Below, in pieces: positions 11,945-22,216 of a stretch of DNA of 64,000 nt. The notes under the pieces were generated by a model. That model did not search any database, was not told the DNA's origin, and was given only the letters and a program-made list of their open reading frames with translations. Every line of letters begins with the position of its first letter. Position 1 is the first letter of the stretch. The position numbers were made by a program, and so were the translations under genes. This stretch comes from Bacteroidales bacterium (GTDB lineage: Bacteria; Bacteroidota; Bacteroidia; Bacteroidales; GWA2-32-17), in contig JAOAFV010000004.1 in NCBI GenBank assembly GCA_026416095.1, positions 16,127 through 80,126 of the forward strand, read 5' to 3'.

Positions 11945-12791
11945 AACAATGTAAAAAATATATTCAAACATACAAATAACGCTTATTAATGATTTGAAGC
12001 CTTTGTAAAACTAACTTTGCAATTCAAGAAGTTTAAGAGTTTTAGTTTTAATAATAAGGTTCAAAAAATTTTGCCAAATTTGATGGTTAACTAAGATTGT
12101 GTGTTAAGATAAAAATAAATAATTGAAGAAAAGTTAATAAAAACCCTTTAATCCGTACTTTCCATTTTTTAAGTGTGTTATATTATTCCGTAAATAAGCC
12201 AATTAAAAATTAACATTTCAATTCAATTAATAAATTAACATAGTTTCGTTAATAAAAATTTTTTAGACTAAGTTATTTAATGCTTTTATTTAATTGTAAC
12301 TTTGAAATACTTAAATAGGAACTCCAATAATAAAAAGAGCCTATTCTGATGGCTTTACACGTATTTATGATTCAGGCTTAAATTACATTTTACTAAAAAA
12401 AATTAACATCTTACGATGCAAAAAAACATTGTATGATATTGCTAAAAAAGTAATTAAAAAAATAAAAGGAAAATACTTTAAAAATAATAAAAAAAAGCTT
12501 ATACTTTAATCGTATTTTATTGACAATATTGCCTGATATTAAAATGAGGTAAGATAAATGGAATGCGTTAGAATCAAAAGCTACAAACAAAACCCTACGC
12601 TTCTTAAAAAAAAAATGAACTAAAAACATACCATTTCTACTAAACCTTATTGCAAACTTATACTCATAAACAATAAGTTTACTATAAAATAAAAAAATTA
12701 GCTAACTATATTTTTACAATTTTCTTTTTTATTGCTTATAAAAATTAGCTAAAAAACCACATTTTGATTACATAATTTTAATTTTTTTTTA

Positions 12792-12799
12792 TAGGTTTG
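12792..12799 (+). promoter_or_regulatory. -7 element for iorAB
   Basis: TAGGTTTG 20 nt before the ATG. Confidence 0.6.
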
Positions 12800-12819
12800 C
12801 ACAAAAAAAATAATTATAT

Positions 12820-14436
12820 ATGGCAAAGAAGTTATTACTATTAGGAGATGAAGCAATAGCTAAGGGGGCTATTGATAGCGGGTTGTCAGCAATTTATGCA
12901 TATCCTGGCACTCCATCGACAGAAATTGCAGAATATATAGATAATTCAAGCGAAGCTAAAGAAAAAAATATTAAATGTTACTGGTCAGCAAACGAAAAGA
13001 CAGCTGTAGAAGGTGCAATTGGAATGTCGTACGCTGGGAAACGAGCAATGGCGTGTATGAAGCACGTTGGATTAAACGTTGCTGCCGACCCTTTTATTAA
13101 TGCTGCTGTTACCAGAATAAATGGAGGGTTAATTATTGTGGCAGCCGACGACCCTTCAATGCATTCTTCACAAAATGAACAAGATTCCCGTTTTTACGGA
13201 AAATTTGCCTTCGTGCCAATACTCGAGCCATCAAACCAGCAGGAAGCTTATGATATGGTAGAGTATGGGTTTAACCTCTCCGAAAAATACCTAATACCCG
13301 TTTTAATGAGAATACCAACTCGCCTTGCTCATAGCCGTTCTGGTGTCGAAATAAAATCGTATCAAACTCCTCAAAATAATCTTAAACTCCCCGACGATTT
13401 AAAACAATTTGTTCTTTTACCATCTATTGCCCGTAGAAAATACAAAGAATTATTAGCAATTCAAGATGATTTACTCAAAGAAAGTGAAAATAGTTGTTTT
13501 AATAAATATATCGATAACAAAGATAAATCAAAAGGAATCATAGCTACAGGCATTGCATATAATTACCTCATGGAAAATTACGATGGCGACGTACCTCATC
13601 CTGTTTTAAAAATTTCTCAATACCCAATTCCTGCGAATTTAATAAAACGCTTATATAATGAATGCAACGAAATATACGTTTTTGAAGAAGGATATCCATT
13701 AGTAGAAGAACTACTTAATGGAATAATAGGAGTATCTAAGCCCATAAAAGGTAGATTAAATGGTTTTGTTCCTCGTTATGGTGAACTGAATCCAACTTTA
13801 ATTGCAAATGCTTTAGGAATACCCACAAGAACCTACTACCAAGTTCCAGAATGCATTGTTCCACGGCCGCCTGTACTGTGTAAGGGTTGCCCACATTTCG
13901 ACACATTCTTAGCTCTCAACGAAGCTTTAAAAGATTATTCAAAAGGTCGAGTATTTTCCGATATAGGTTGTTATACTCTTGGCGCTTTACCACCTTTAGA
14001 AGCCATTAATTCTTGCGTCGATATGGGTGCTGCTGTTACCATGGCTAAAGGTGCCGCCGATGCTGGACTTATACCATCGGTTGGCGTTATAGGCGACAGT
14101 ACCTTCACTCATAGTGGAATAACAGGACTACTAGATTGCGTAACTTATAAGTCAAACGTTAATATTATAATTTTAGATAACATGACTACCGCCATGACTG
14201 GTGGTCAACCATCTTTAGGCCTAAATAAATTAGCAGATATATGTAAAGGTATCGGAGTTGAAGAAAATCACATAAGAATTATTAAACCATTACCTAAAAA
14301 TCACAATGAAAATGTACGTATTATAAAAGAAGAATTAGAGTATAATGGTGTTTCTGTAATCATTTCACAACGTGAATGTATAGTTACCTTAAATAAAAAA
14401 ATGAGAGAAAAACATAAAAAACAAGAAAGTGTATGA
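12820..14436 (+). CDS. iorA: Indolepyruvate:ferredoxin oxidoreductase alpha subunit
   Basis: YPGTPSTEI, MKHVGLNVAAD, DDPSMHSSQNEQD, LCKGCPH, TPP motif GDSTFTHSG...DNMTTAMTGGQ; no C-terminal ferredoxin domain. Confidence 0.95.
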   Translation: MAKKLLLLGDEAIAKGAIDSGLSAIYAYPGTPSTEIAEYIDNSSEAKEKNIKCYWSANEKTAVEGAIGMSYAGKRAMACMKHVGLNVAADPFINAAVTRINGGLIIVAADDPSMHSSQNEQDSRFYGKFAFVPILEPSNQQEAYDMVEYGFNLSEKYLIPVLMRIPTRLAHSRSGVEIKSYQTPQNNLKLPDDLKQFVLLPSIARRKYKELLAIQDDLLKESENSCFNKYIDNKDKSKGIIATGIAYNYLMENYDGDVPHPVLKISQYPIPANLIKRLYNECNEIYVFEEGYPLVEELLNGIIGVSKPIKGRLNGFVPRYGELNPTLIANALGIPTRTYYQVPECIVPRPPVLCKGCPHFDTFLALNEALKDYSKGRVFSDIGCYTLGALPPLEAINSCVDMGAAVTMAKGAADAGLIPSVGVIGDSTFTHSGITGLLDCVTYKSNVNIIILDNMTTAMTGGQPSLGLNKLADICKGIGVEENHIRIIKPLPKNHNENVRIIKEELEYNGVSVIISQRECIVTLNKKMREKHKKQESV

Positions 14437-15020
14437 AAAAAGATATAATATTAGCAGGTGTTGGTGGCCAAGGAATAATTTCTATTGCTGCAATTATAGG
14501 CTTGGCTGCTGTTGAAAAAAATATGTATATAAAGCAAAGCGAAGTACATGGAATGAGTCAACGTGGTGGTGAAGTTATGTCTACACTTAGAATTTCAGAC
14601 AAGTATATTTATTCCGATTTAATACCTTATGGTGGTGCTGATATTATAATTGGATTAGAACCCATGGAATCACTTAGGTATTTACCTTATTTAAAACAAG
14701 ATGGATGGATAATTTCAAATGCCGATCCATTTGTAAATATTCCTAACTACCCAGATATTAATGTAATTTACAATGAAATTAAAAAAATTAAAACTCATAT
14801 TTTAATACCTGCTAATAAACTAGCAAAAGAATTAAATTCCGATAAAGTTGTTAATACAATAATTTTAGGAGCTACATTTCCTTACCTTGGTTTTACAAAA
14901 GAAGAAATATTACGAGCAATTGAACAAATGTTTTCGTCAAAAGGTAAAGATATTGTAGATCTTAATATTATGGCATTTACAAAAGGATATGAATATGCTT
15001 TAAAATATCAAAACCCATAA
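14433..15020 (+). CDS. iorB: Indolepyruvate oxidoreductase beta subunit
   Basis: GVGGQG, SEVHGMSQRGG; ATGA-type overlap with iorA. Confidence 0.95.
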   Translation: MKKDIILAGVGGQGIISIAAIIGLAAVEKNMYIKQSEVHGMSQRGGEVMSTLRISDKYIYSDLIPYGGADIIIGLEPMESLRYLPYLKQDGWIISNADPFVNIPNYPDINVIYNEIKKIKTHILIPANKLAKELNSDKVVNTIILGATFPYLGFTKEEILRAIEQMFSSKGKDIVDLNIMAFTKGYEYALKYQNP

Positions 15021-15023
15021 CAT

Positions 15024-15887
15024 TTAATTACCTAGATAACTTTTTAAAACTTTATTTTTCGAAGAGTGTCGTAATCTTTTGAGTGCTTTTTCTTTAATTT
15101 GTCTTATACGTTCGCGTGTTATGTTTAATTTAGATCCAATCTCATCTAGCGAGTGTGGATGATCTGTATCTATGCCAAAGTAAAGTTTTATTACATCTCT
15201 TTCTCGTGGCGATAATGTATTTAATATTCTATTAACTTCGTATTTTAAAGAAGGTCTATAAAAAATATTCTCTTCTAAATTTTCTTCCGATTGAATTGTA
15301 TCTTCTACTGTGTAATCTTCATCATCTTTAACCCTATTACTTAAATAAACATGTCTATTATTCATCATTAAATAAATCAAAACATCTTCCTCACTTACAC
15401 CCATAAACTCTGCAATTTCTGCTAAAGATGGTTCTCGTTCAAGTTTTTGTTCCAAATAAATTTTTGCATTATATACCTTTCTAATCTCATTTATTTTGTT
15501 GGAAGGAATTTTAACTATATTGGAATAGTCTGCAATGGCATGCATTATCGATTGTCTTATCCACCATACAGCATACGATATAAATTTAAAACCACGTGTT
15601 TCATCAAATCGCTTTGCTGCTTTTATTAAACCAATATTACCTTCGTTAATTAAGTCGGCTAAACTAAGCCCTTGGTTTTGATATTGCTTAGCTACAGAAA
15701 TAACAAAACGTAAATTAGCAAGTACTAATTCTTTTAATGCTTCTTCATCTCCTTGCCTAATTCTTCTTGCAAGTTCTATTTCTTCTTCTATTGTTAAAGT
15801 TTTTGTTTTACTAACATCTTGAAAATAAAAATCTATAGAACCATCTCCTCTTAAAGTAATTATCTGTCTTATTTTAAAAGCTTTCAT
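15024..15887 (-). CDS. RpoD/SigA-family sigma-70 factor, Bacteroidota short type (no region 1.1), probably a paralog of the primary sigma
   Basis: NLRFVISVAKQY, DLINEGNIGL, FISYAVWWIRQ, region 4 TRERIRQIKEKAL. The N-terminus diverges from the usual MRQLKITK..TNRES of the Bacteroidota primary sigma. Confidence 0.92.
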   Translation of the reverse strand: MKAFKIRQIITLRGDGSIDFYFQDVSKTKTLTIEEEIELARRIRQGDEEALKELVLANLRFVISVAKQYQNQGLSLADLINEGNIGLIKAAKRFDETRGFKFISYAVWWIRQSIMHAIADYSNIVKIPSNKINEIRKVYNAKIYLEQKLEREPSLAEIAEFMGVSEEDVLIYLMMNNRHVYLSNRVKDDEDYTVEDTIQSEENLEENIFYRPSLKYEVNRILNTLSPRERDVIKLYFGIDTDHPHSLDEIGSKLNITRERIRQIKEKALKRLRHSSKNKVLKSYLGN

Positions 15888-15913
15888 TTTAATTTTTTTT
15901 TGCTTATTTATTT

Positions 15914-15938
15914 AACGACTAAAAATTTTAAAAGTTCC
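15914..15938 (-). promoter_or_regulatory. ECF-sigma-type promoter GGAAC-N16-CGTT upstream of the sigma-70 gene
   Basis: Minus strand GGAACttttaaaatttttagtCGTT, ending 26 nt before the ATG. Confidence 0.5.
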
Positions 15939-15970
15939 AAGAATTTAATTTTTAAGAGCGAATAAAGTTG

Positions 15971-15987
15971 TGCAAAAATTATGCCAA
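15971..15987 (-). promoter_or_regulatory. Sigma54-type -24/-12 promoter upstream of the sigma-70 gene
   Basis: Minus strand TTGGCATAATTTTTGCA matches TGGC-N7-TTGCA with exact spacing. Confidence 0.6.
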
Positions 15988-15991
15988 ATGT

Positions 15992-17080
15992 TTACAATCC
16001 TTTTGTTAAATTTTTTACAAGATAAAACTGATTAAAAAAAGTAGAAGCTATTATTCGTACTGTCATGTATGAAGGTAATGCAACCATCATGCCTATTATA
16101 CCTCCAATAGTACCTGCTGAAATTATTATTAAAAAAATTTCAAGTGGATGAGCTTTTAATGTTTTTGAATAAATAAAAGGTTGAAATATTACAGCATCAA
16201 TTATGTTAGTAATTATATACACAATAGACATTTTTATTATTAATGGTAAAATAACAGTATTAAAGTCAAAATTAATATTATTAATAACTCCAACGCTTAT
16301 CCCAAAGGCATAAGAAATAATAGGCCCTATATAAGGAATCACATTCATTATTGCACTTACTAAACCAAGTAATATTGCTTTCTGCAGTTCTATTCCTACT
16401 ATAGTCATTCCTATGTTAATTAATAAAAACACACATATTAAATCTATCATCACTCCCGAAAAGTACTTTAATAATGTTTTATTAATTTTTAATAAAGCAT
16501 ACTTAGTTTCTGTTTGATATTTGGTAGGTACTAACATCATTATCAATTTTTGAAATAAGTTGGCATCTTTCAGAAAAAAAAACATAATGAACGAAGAAAT
16601 AAAAATAAACAATATAAAACTTTTAATGAATCCAAATAAATTATTGAAAATAACTCCTACATTACCTAAGTTTATTAATCTAATTATATTGTTAGTAATT
16701 ATTTCATTAATGTCTTCTGATTGTTTAATAATGCTAAATTTAATCAACAATCGATTTATAGCTTCTGTTAATGGATGTATTTTTTGATTTATTACCTCTG
16801 GTCTTATTTTAGTAAGTTCATAAAATTCGTTAAAAATCACTGGTAAAAGAAAATAAAACAAAATAAAAAAAGTAAACCAAAATAATAATACACATAAGAG
16901 CGATCGTAATCCAGAAGGTAATGTATACTTATATAATCTAATTTTTTTTAATGATTCATTTAATGGGCTTAAAATTAAAGAAAAAACAGCTGCAATTAAA
17001 ATATACAAAAATATTTTCCATAAAATAAATATAATAGCCACAACTATTACAGAAGGAATAATATACTTTAATTTACCCAC
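15992..17080 (-). CDS. AI-2E (UPF0118) family transporter
   Basis: Many TM segments, NVIPYIGP, QPFIYSKTLKAHPLEI...GMMVALP; GTG start with TAACTTTG upstream (17102-17109). Confidence 0.9.
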   Translation of the reverse strand: MGKLKYIIPSVIVVAIIFILWKIFLYILIAAVFSLILSPLNESLKKIRLYKYTLPSGLRSLLCVLLFWFTFFILFYFLLPVIFNEFYELTKIRPEVINQKIHPLTEAINRLLIKFSIIKQSEDINEIITNNIIRLINLGNVGVIFNNLFGFIKSFILFIFISSFIMFFFLKDANLFQKLIMMLVPTKYQTETKYALLKINKTLLKYFSGVMIDLICVFLLINIGMTIVGIELQKAILLGLVSAIMNVIPYIGPIISYAFGISVGVINNINFDFNTVILPLIIKMSIVYIITNIIDAVIFQPFIYSKTLKAHPLEIFLIIISAGTIGGIIGMMVALPSYMTVRIIASTFFNQFYLVKNLTKGL

Positions 17081-17122
17081 CTATATCAATTTTTGATATA
17101 ACAAAGTTAATAAAATATTTAA

Positions 17123-18514
17123 TTAATAACCTAAATGTTTTAACATTGAAATTGCACTTTGTTCTTTCGCAAAAAGTTTTGTATAATATTCTCCATCTTC
17201 ATCAATGTTAATTATAATGTGTTTTGGAGCTGGTATTAAACAATGTTGTATCCCTCCAAATCCTCCCAAAGTATCTTGATATGCACCTGTATGGAAAAAA
17301 CCTATATACAGCGTGTCGTTCGGATTAAACTTAGGTAAGTAAATAGCATTTATATGAGCTTCTTCGCTATAATAATCATGACTATCGCATGTGATTCCAC
17401 CAAGAAATACTCTTTCATAAGGATAATCCCAATGGTTAATAGCAAGTAAAATAAAACGTTGATTCATTGCCCAAATATCGGGCATTGTAGTCATAAATGA
17501 ACCATCAATCATATCCCATAACTCTCTATCGTTCTGCCTTTTTTGATCCAAAACAGAAAATAACACAGCTCCACTCTCGCCTACTGTATACTGTCCAAAT
17601 TCTGTAAATATATGTGGTTCTTGGACATCTGCTTGATTGCATAAGGTTTTTATTTGATTAACTATTTCATCTACCATATACTCATAATCATAATTAAATG
17701 CAAGAGAATTTTTAATAGGGAAACCACCTCCTATATTTAACGAATCCAATTCTGGACATATCCTTTTAAGTTCAATATACATGTTTACTGCTTTATGTAA
17801 CTCACTCCAATAATAAGATGTGTCTTTTATTCCAGTATTAATAAAAAAGTGTAACATTTTTAATTCAAACTTCTTATTATTTTTTACACGCTGCTTATAA
17901 AAATCAATTATATCGTTATATCTAAACCCTAAACGTGAAGTGTAAAATTGGAAACCTGGTTCTTCTTCCGAGGCTATTCTTATTCCTATTTTTGCCTTAG
18001 CTTTTACGTTTTTTTCATAGTACGAAAACTCATTTGGATTATCTAAAATAGGTATTGTATTTTTAAAACCACTATTTATCATTTCACAAATGTATTGTAA
18101 ATAAAGTGGCTTTTTAAAGCCATTACAAATTATATATGTTTCTGTTGTTATTTTGCCCATATCGTATAGCCTTTCTATAATAGGAAAATCAAAAGCCGAC
18201 GAAGTTTCTAAATGTATATCGTTTTTTAATGCTTCGTCTAATACAAACGAAAAATAAGAACTTTTTGTACAGTAGCAATAATAATATTCACCATTATAAT
18301 CGGACTTTGCAAATGCGACATTAAATAACCTTTTTACTTTCTGTATTTGCTCAGATATTTTAGGAACATACGTAATCTTTAAAGGTGTTCCATATTGTTT
18401 TATGATATCCATCAAAGGAATGTTATGAAAATAAAGCTCATTATCTTCTACCTTAAATTCTGGCTGTGGCCACTCAAAAGTTTGCTCTATCAAATCACGA
18501 TACTTAGTTTTCAT
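17123..18514 (-). CDS. PLP-dependent arginine decarboxylase (short Bacteroidota type, Orn/DAP/Arg decarboxylase family)
   Basis: YCYCTKSS PLP lysine, NIGGGFP, TEFGQY, GGITCDSHDYY, TGAYQD. Confidence 0.85.
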   Translation of the reverse strand: MKTKYRDLIEQTFEWPQPEFKVEDNELYFHNIPLMDIIKQYGTPLKITYVPKISEQIQKVKRLFNVAFAKSDYNGEYYYCYCTKSSYFSFVLDEALKNDIHLETSSAFDFPIIERLYDMGKITTETYIICNGFKKPLYLQYICEMINSGFKNTIPILDNPNEFSYYEKNVKAKAKIGIRIASEEEPGFQFYTSRLGFRYNDIIDFYKQRVKNNKKFELKMLHFFINTGIKDTSYYWSELHKAVNMYIELKRICPELDSLNIGGGFPIKNSLAFNYDYEYMVDEIVNQIKTLCNQADVQEPHIFTEFGQYTVGESGAVLFSVLDQKRQNDRELWDMIDGSFMTTMPDIWAMNQRFILLAINHWDYPYERVFLGGITCDSHDYYSEEAHINAIYLPKFNPNDTLYIGFFHTGAYQDTLGGFGGIQHCLIPAPKHIIINIDEDGEYYTKLFAKEQSAISMLKHLGY

Positions 18515-18836
18515 AGTACATTCTTTGATTTATTTACTTCTGACTTTTTTTGCAAATTTAAATCGTTTACTTTAAAAATAAAAATGTAATTTAAGTTTTC
18601 TAAATTATATATTTTTTTAAAATTTGAATGAATTAAATTTAAGATTTTTTTTAACATAAAAATAACCTTTCTTTTTTAATATTTCTTTCTTCACAAATTC
18701 ATATTAGTCTCAATTTTCGATTTGATTATCTCAACTCCACAAATAAATCTTTAAACTATTTTTATCAAAAAAAATCCATTAAAACATAAATATTAAATTT
18801 TATTATGTAATTTTGTAGCGATAAAAAAAAAAAATT

Positions 18837-19433
18837 ATGAAACATTTATTACCTCCTTTAAAATTTAATTCAAAAGAGTTAGAACCTTTTATTAGTGAAA
18901 GAACAATAGAATTTCATTATGGAAAGCATCATCAGGCATATGTTGATAATTTAAACAAGTTAATTATCGGTAGTGAATTCGAAAATGCAACGTTAGAAGA
19001 GATTATTAAAAAGGCAAGTGGAGGTATTTTTAATAACGGTGCACAAGTATGGAATCATACTTTTTATTTTGACCAATTTTCTTCTAATCCCAAAAAACGT
19101 CCTGAAGGAAAATTATTCGAAAAAATCGAGCAAACATTTGGAGCATTTGAAACATTTATAGAAAAAATTAATGAAGCATGTCTTACATTATTTGGTTCGG
19201 GCTGGGGTTGGCTAATTATCGATAATGATAACAACCTACAAATAATGCAAACTTCTAATGCAGGTAATCCATTGCGTGATGGCTTTATACCTTTACTAAC
19301 AATCGATGTTTGGGAACACGCATATTATCTTGATTATCAAAACCGACGTGCCGAATATCTCAAAAACATTTGGAATATATTAGACTGGAATGTTATTGAA
19401 AATAGATTTAATAACATTACATTAAAAACCTAA
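18837..19433 (+). CDS. sodB: Fe (or cambialistic Fe/Mn) superoxide dismutase
   Basis: HYGKHHQAY, FNNGAQVWNH (Gln, Fe-type), DVWEHAYY; -7 box TAATTTTG at 18808-18815. Confidence 0.93.
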   Translation: MKHLLPPLKFNSKELEPFISERTIEFHYGKHHQAYVDNLNKLIIGSEFENATLEEIIKKASGGIFNNGAQVWNHTFYFDQFSSNPKKRPEGKLFEKIEQTFGAFETFIEKINEACLTLFGSGWGWLIIDNDNNLQIMQTSNAGNPLRDGFIPLLTIDVWEHAYYLDYQNRRAEYLKNIWNILDWNVIENRFNNITLKT

Positions 19434-21077
19434 TTCACTTATTACTTTACCACAAGCGCCCATAGGTGGTTCTATTTGCAAAATGTTTGCAATAGTTGGT
19501 GCTATATCTATTATTTCAATAGTGCGAGTTATAACACTACGCGGAATTCTCCAACCATAAAATATTAAAGGAACATGAGTGTTATATGAATAAGGGCCAT
19601 TGTGTTCGTACATGTAATTACTATCTTCAATATAACCAGACTCAAGTAATATCATAACGTCGCCTGAGCGTTTAGGATTAAAAGACTTTTGTAACAGGCT
19701 CAGCTGACCTGAAGTATAAACGTTATATTGCATATGATACGACGTAACAGCATTAGCAACCCCGGTAAATTGCAAAAGAAATCCTGCCACTGTTTCTTGA
19801 AAATCTTTTAAATTTAATTTAGAATCTTCGATTAAATTGCGATTTAGAAAATACTGTAAACTTGAATAACCAAGAACCCATTCTCCTTCACCATACATTG
19901 CATTTAAAAAAGAACGTAATAAAGATAATGCATAAAATTGTTTAAAAATGCCACCAGGTTGTTTATTATCATTTAAATATTGAGGGCTATCGCCAACTCC
20001 ATGATCAGAAGTCAAAACTATAAGCACATTTTCTTTTCCTAATTCAGTTTCCAAAAACTCTAAAAAAACCGAAATATCATAATCTAATTTTAGATAAGTA
20101 TCTTCAATTTCAACAGAACGAGGTCCAAAAATATGCCCAATATAATCGGTAGACGACAAAGAAATACATAAAATATCGGTATAACTATCGCTACCTAAAC
20201 TCTCATTAATTATGCATTGTTTAGCAAAGTCTAATAAAAATGTATTTCCAAAAGGTGTATATTTCAATATGCTATAATCAATGCTTTTTTTATTTTTTAG
20301 ATCTTTATAAGCTAAAAACATGATGTCGTATGGAAAAACAAAGTATAAATTTTTAAAACCTTTTTCGTATTTATTAGAATCGGGCAAAGATTCTTTATAT
20401 TCTTGTATTGGCATACTTAATGTCCATAATCTATTTATATACAAATCGGCCAATTTTTTTTGGTTAAAACTTTCAACCCATTTGGGTAAAGACTTAAGAT
20501 AATAAGTACTCGAGATAAAACATCCGGTTTGATCGTCGTACCAATATGCTGCATCGGCCGACTTACCACCAGCAAGAATAGCCGATCTTTCTTTTAACGA
20601 TATGCTTATTACTTTCGATTTATTTAATGTATGCAATTTTAACTGATCACCAATTGTATTTGTAAATAAATTTTTGGGACTATATTTCCCGAACGGAGAA
20701 CTACTCCCTACTGTTTCAACACTTTTATCTTCTACACAATTTACTCGTTGTTTCTTTAAAACATCATACCATTCATTAGATACTATTCCATGCACCGATG
20801 GAGGAGCTCCTGTAAAAATAGAAGCATGACCTGGTGCTGTTTCCGTTATTGCATAATTAATAAATGTATTCTTACAAAAAGTGCCTTCTGCTATTAGTTT
20901 CTTTATACCTTTATTCGACAATTTGTCGTTATATCTTGTTATATAGTCGTACCGCATTTGATCAACTATTATAAAAACAATAAGCTTTGGCTTATCGGGC
21001 GGGTAATTTCTCTGCGAATAACAACTTATATAAACAAAAAAATAAACAAGGAGTGGCAGAATATTGTACATATACAT
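19422..21077 (-). CDS. PafA-type alkaline phosphatase / nucleotide pyrophosphatase-phosphodiesterase family protein
   Basis: IIVDQMRYDY, TETAPGHASIFTG (Thr nucleophile), DYIGHIFGP, TSDHG. Start at 21077 or 21071, since a -7 box (21083-21090) lies inside the longer ORF call. Confidence 0.9.
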   Translation of the reverse strand: MYMYNILPLLVYFFVYISCYSQRNYPPDKPKLIVFIIVDQMRYDYITRYNDKLSNKGIKKLIAEGTFCKNTFINYAITETAPGHASIFTGAPPSVHGIVSNEWYDVLKKQRVNCVEDKSVETVGSSSPFGKYSPKNLFTNTIGDQLKLHTLNKSKVISISLKERSAILAGGKSADAAYWYDDQTGCFISSTYYLKSLPKWVESFNQKKLADLYINRLWTLSMPIQEYKESLPDSNKYEKGFKNLYFVFPYDIMFLAYKDLKNKKSIDYSILKYTPFGNTFLLDFAKQCIINESLGSDSYTDILCISLSSTDYIGHIFGPRSVEIEDTYLKLDYDISVFLEFLETELGKENVLIVLTSDHGVGDSPQYLNDNKQPGGIFKQFYALSLLRSFLNAMYGEGEWVLGYSSLQYFLNRNLIEDSKLNLKDFQETVAGFLLQFTGVANAVTSYHMQYNVYTSGQLSLLQKSFNPKRSGDVMILLESGYIEDSNYMYEHNGPYSYNTHVPLIFYGWRIPRSVITRTIEIIDIAPTIANILQIEPPMGACGKVISELGF

Positions 21078-21203
21078 TTTCGCAAAGTTATTACTATACA
21101 TTAAATTAAAAAAATGTATATATTTTATATAATTGTAAAATTTTGATAATACTTATGGCAAATTTTTATACTTTTGCAAAAATATTTTAAAAATTTACAA
21201 CCA

Positions 21204-22121
21204 GTGGTAGGTAGAGTTATTAAAATTGTAGGAAAAAATTATTTTATAGAAGATGAAAATAAGCAAATAATTAAGTGTACGCTTAAAGGTAAAATGCGTT
21301 TAGATGAATATAGTAATACAAATCCAGTTGTAGTTGGCGATTACGTAACATACGAAAAAATTTCGGAAAAAGATGGTGTTATTGTTGATCTTAAAGAACG
21401 TAAAAATTATATAATAAGAAAATCAGTAAAGCTATCAAATCCTTATCAAATTATTGCTGCAAATATCGATTGTGCTTATATTATAACAACTTTAATAGAA
21501 CCAGAAGTAAAATTAGAATTCATAGATAGGTTTCTTGTTACATGCGAAGCATATAGAGTTCCAGCAGCTATTATTTTAAATAAAATAGATTTATATGAAA
21601 ACCTGAATGCCGAAGTTTCTGAGTTTACTCAAATATATGAAAATGCAGGTTATAAGATATATAAAACATCTGCAAAAACTGGAAAAGGTATTAACGAAGT
21701 AAAAGAAGCATTAATAAATAAAACTAACTTATTTTGTGGTAGCTCTGGAGTTGGCAAATCAAGTATCATTAACGCTATTATTCCACATGCAAAAATAAAA
21801 GTCCAAGAATTGTCTAAATACCATAAGCAAGGTGTACATACCACCACATTTATCGAAATGCATAAATTAAATGAAGGTGGATATATTATCGATACACCTG
21901 GACTTAGAAGTTTTGGTTTTTACGAAATCAATAAATATGAACTTTTTCATTTTTTCCCCGAAATATTAAGAGAAACTCAAAATTGTAAATATAAAAATTG
22001 CACACACATATGGGAACCCGATTGTGCCGTAAAAAAAGCTATCGAAAACAACAAAATTAGTAAAATAAGATACAGAAACTACCTAAATATGTTTTTCGAC
22101 GAAGGTAAAAAGTATAGATAA
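21204..22121 (+). CDS. rsgA: Ribosome small subunit-dependent GTPase A
   Basis: OB fold, NKID, GSSGVGKSS, HTTT, DTPG, Zn site CKYKNCTHIWEPDC. Start uncertain (GTG 21204 vs TTG 21174). Confidence 0.95.
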   Translation: MVGRVIKIVGKNYFIEDENKQIIKCTLKGKMRLDEYSNTNPVVVGDYVTYEKISEKDGVIVDLKERKNYIIRKSVKLSNPYQIIAANIDCAYIITTLIEPEVKLEFIDRFLVTCEAYRVPAAIILNKIDLYENLNAEVSEFTQIYENAGYKIYKTSAKTGKGINEVKEALINKTNLFCGSSGVGKSSIINAIIPHAKIKVQELSKYHKQGVHTTTFIEMHKLNEGGYIIDTPGLRSFGFYEINKYELFHFFPEILRETQNCKYKNCTHIWEPDCAVKKAIENNKISKIRYRNYLNMFFDEGKKYR

Positions 22122-22216
22122 CATTAATAAATAGTATTTTTTCAACATTTTATCGGTAACAATAATTTGTTTTTAATTAACGAAATATTTTTTCTAACTT
22201 TACAAAAAAAAATATT

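Noticed and set aside
12061..12077. Sigma54-like TTGGCAAAATTTTTTGA on the minus strand
   Set aside because: The -24/-12 spacing is one base too long, and it points antisense into the M48 gene with no downstream target.
12411..12629. 72-aa minus-strand ORF (similarly 25807-26001)
   Set aside because: Phe/Ile/Lys low-complexity sequence expected from AT-rich non-coding DNA; no family motif.
18823..18834. 12-nt poly-A tract before sod as a phase-variation switch
   Set aside because: A-runs precede many start codons here (iorA, hutU, mreB, tauE), consistent with normal Bacteroidota translation-initiation regions.
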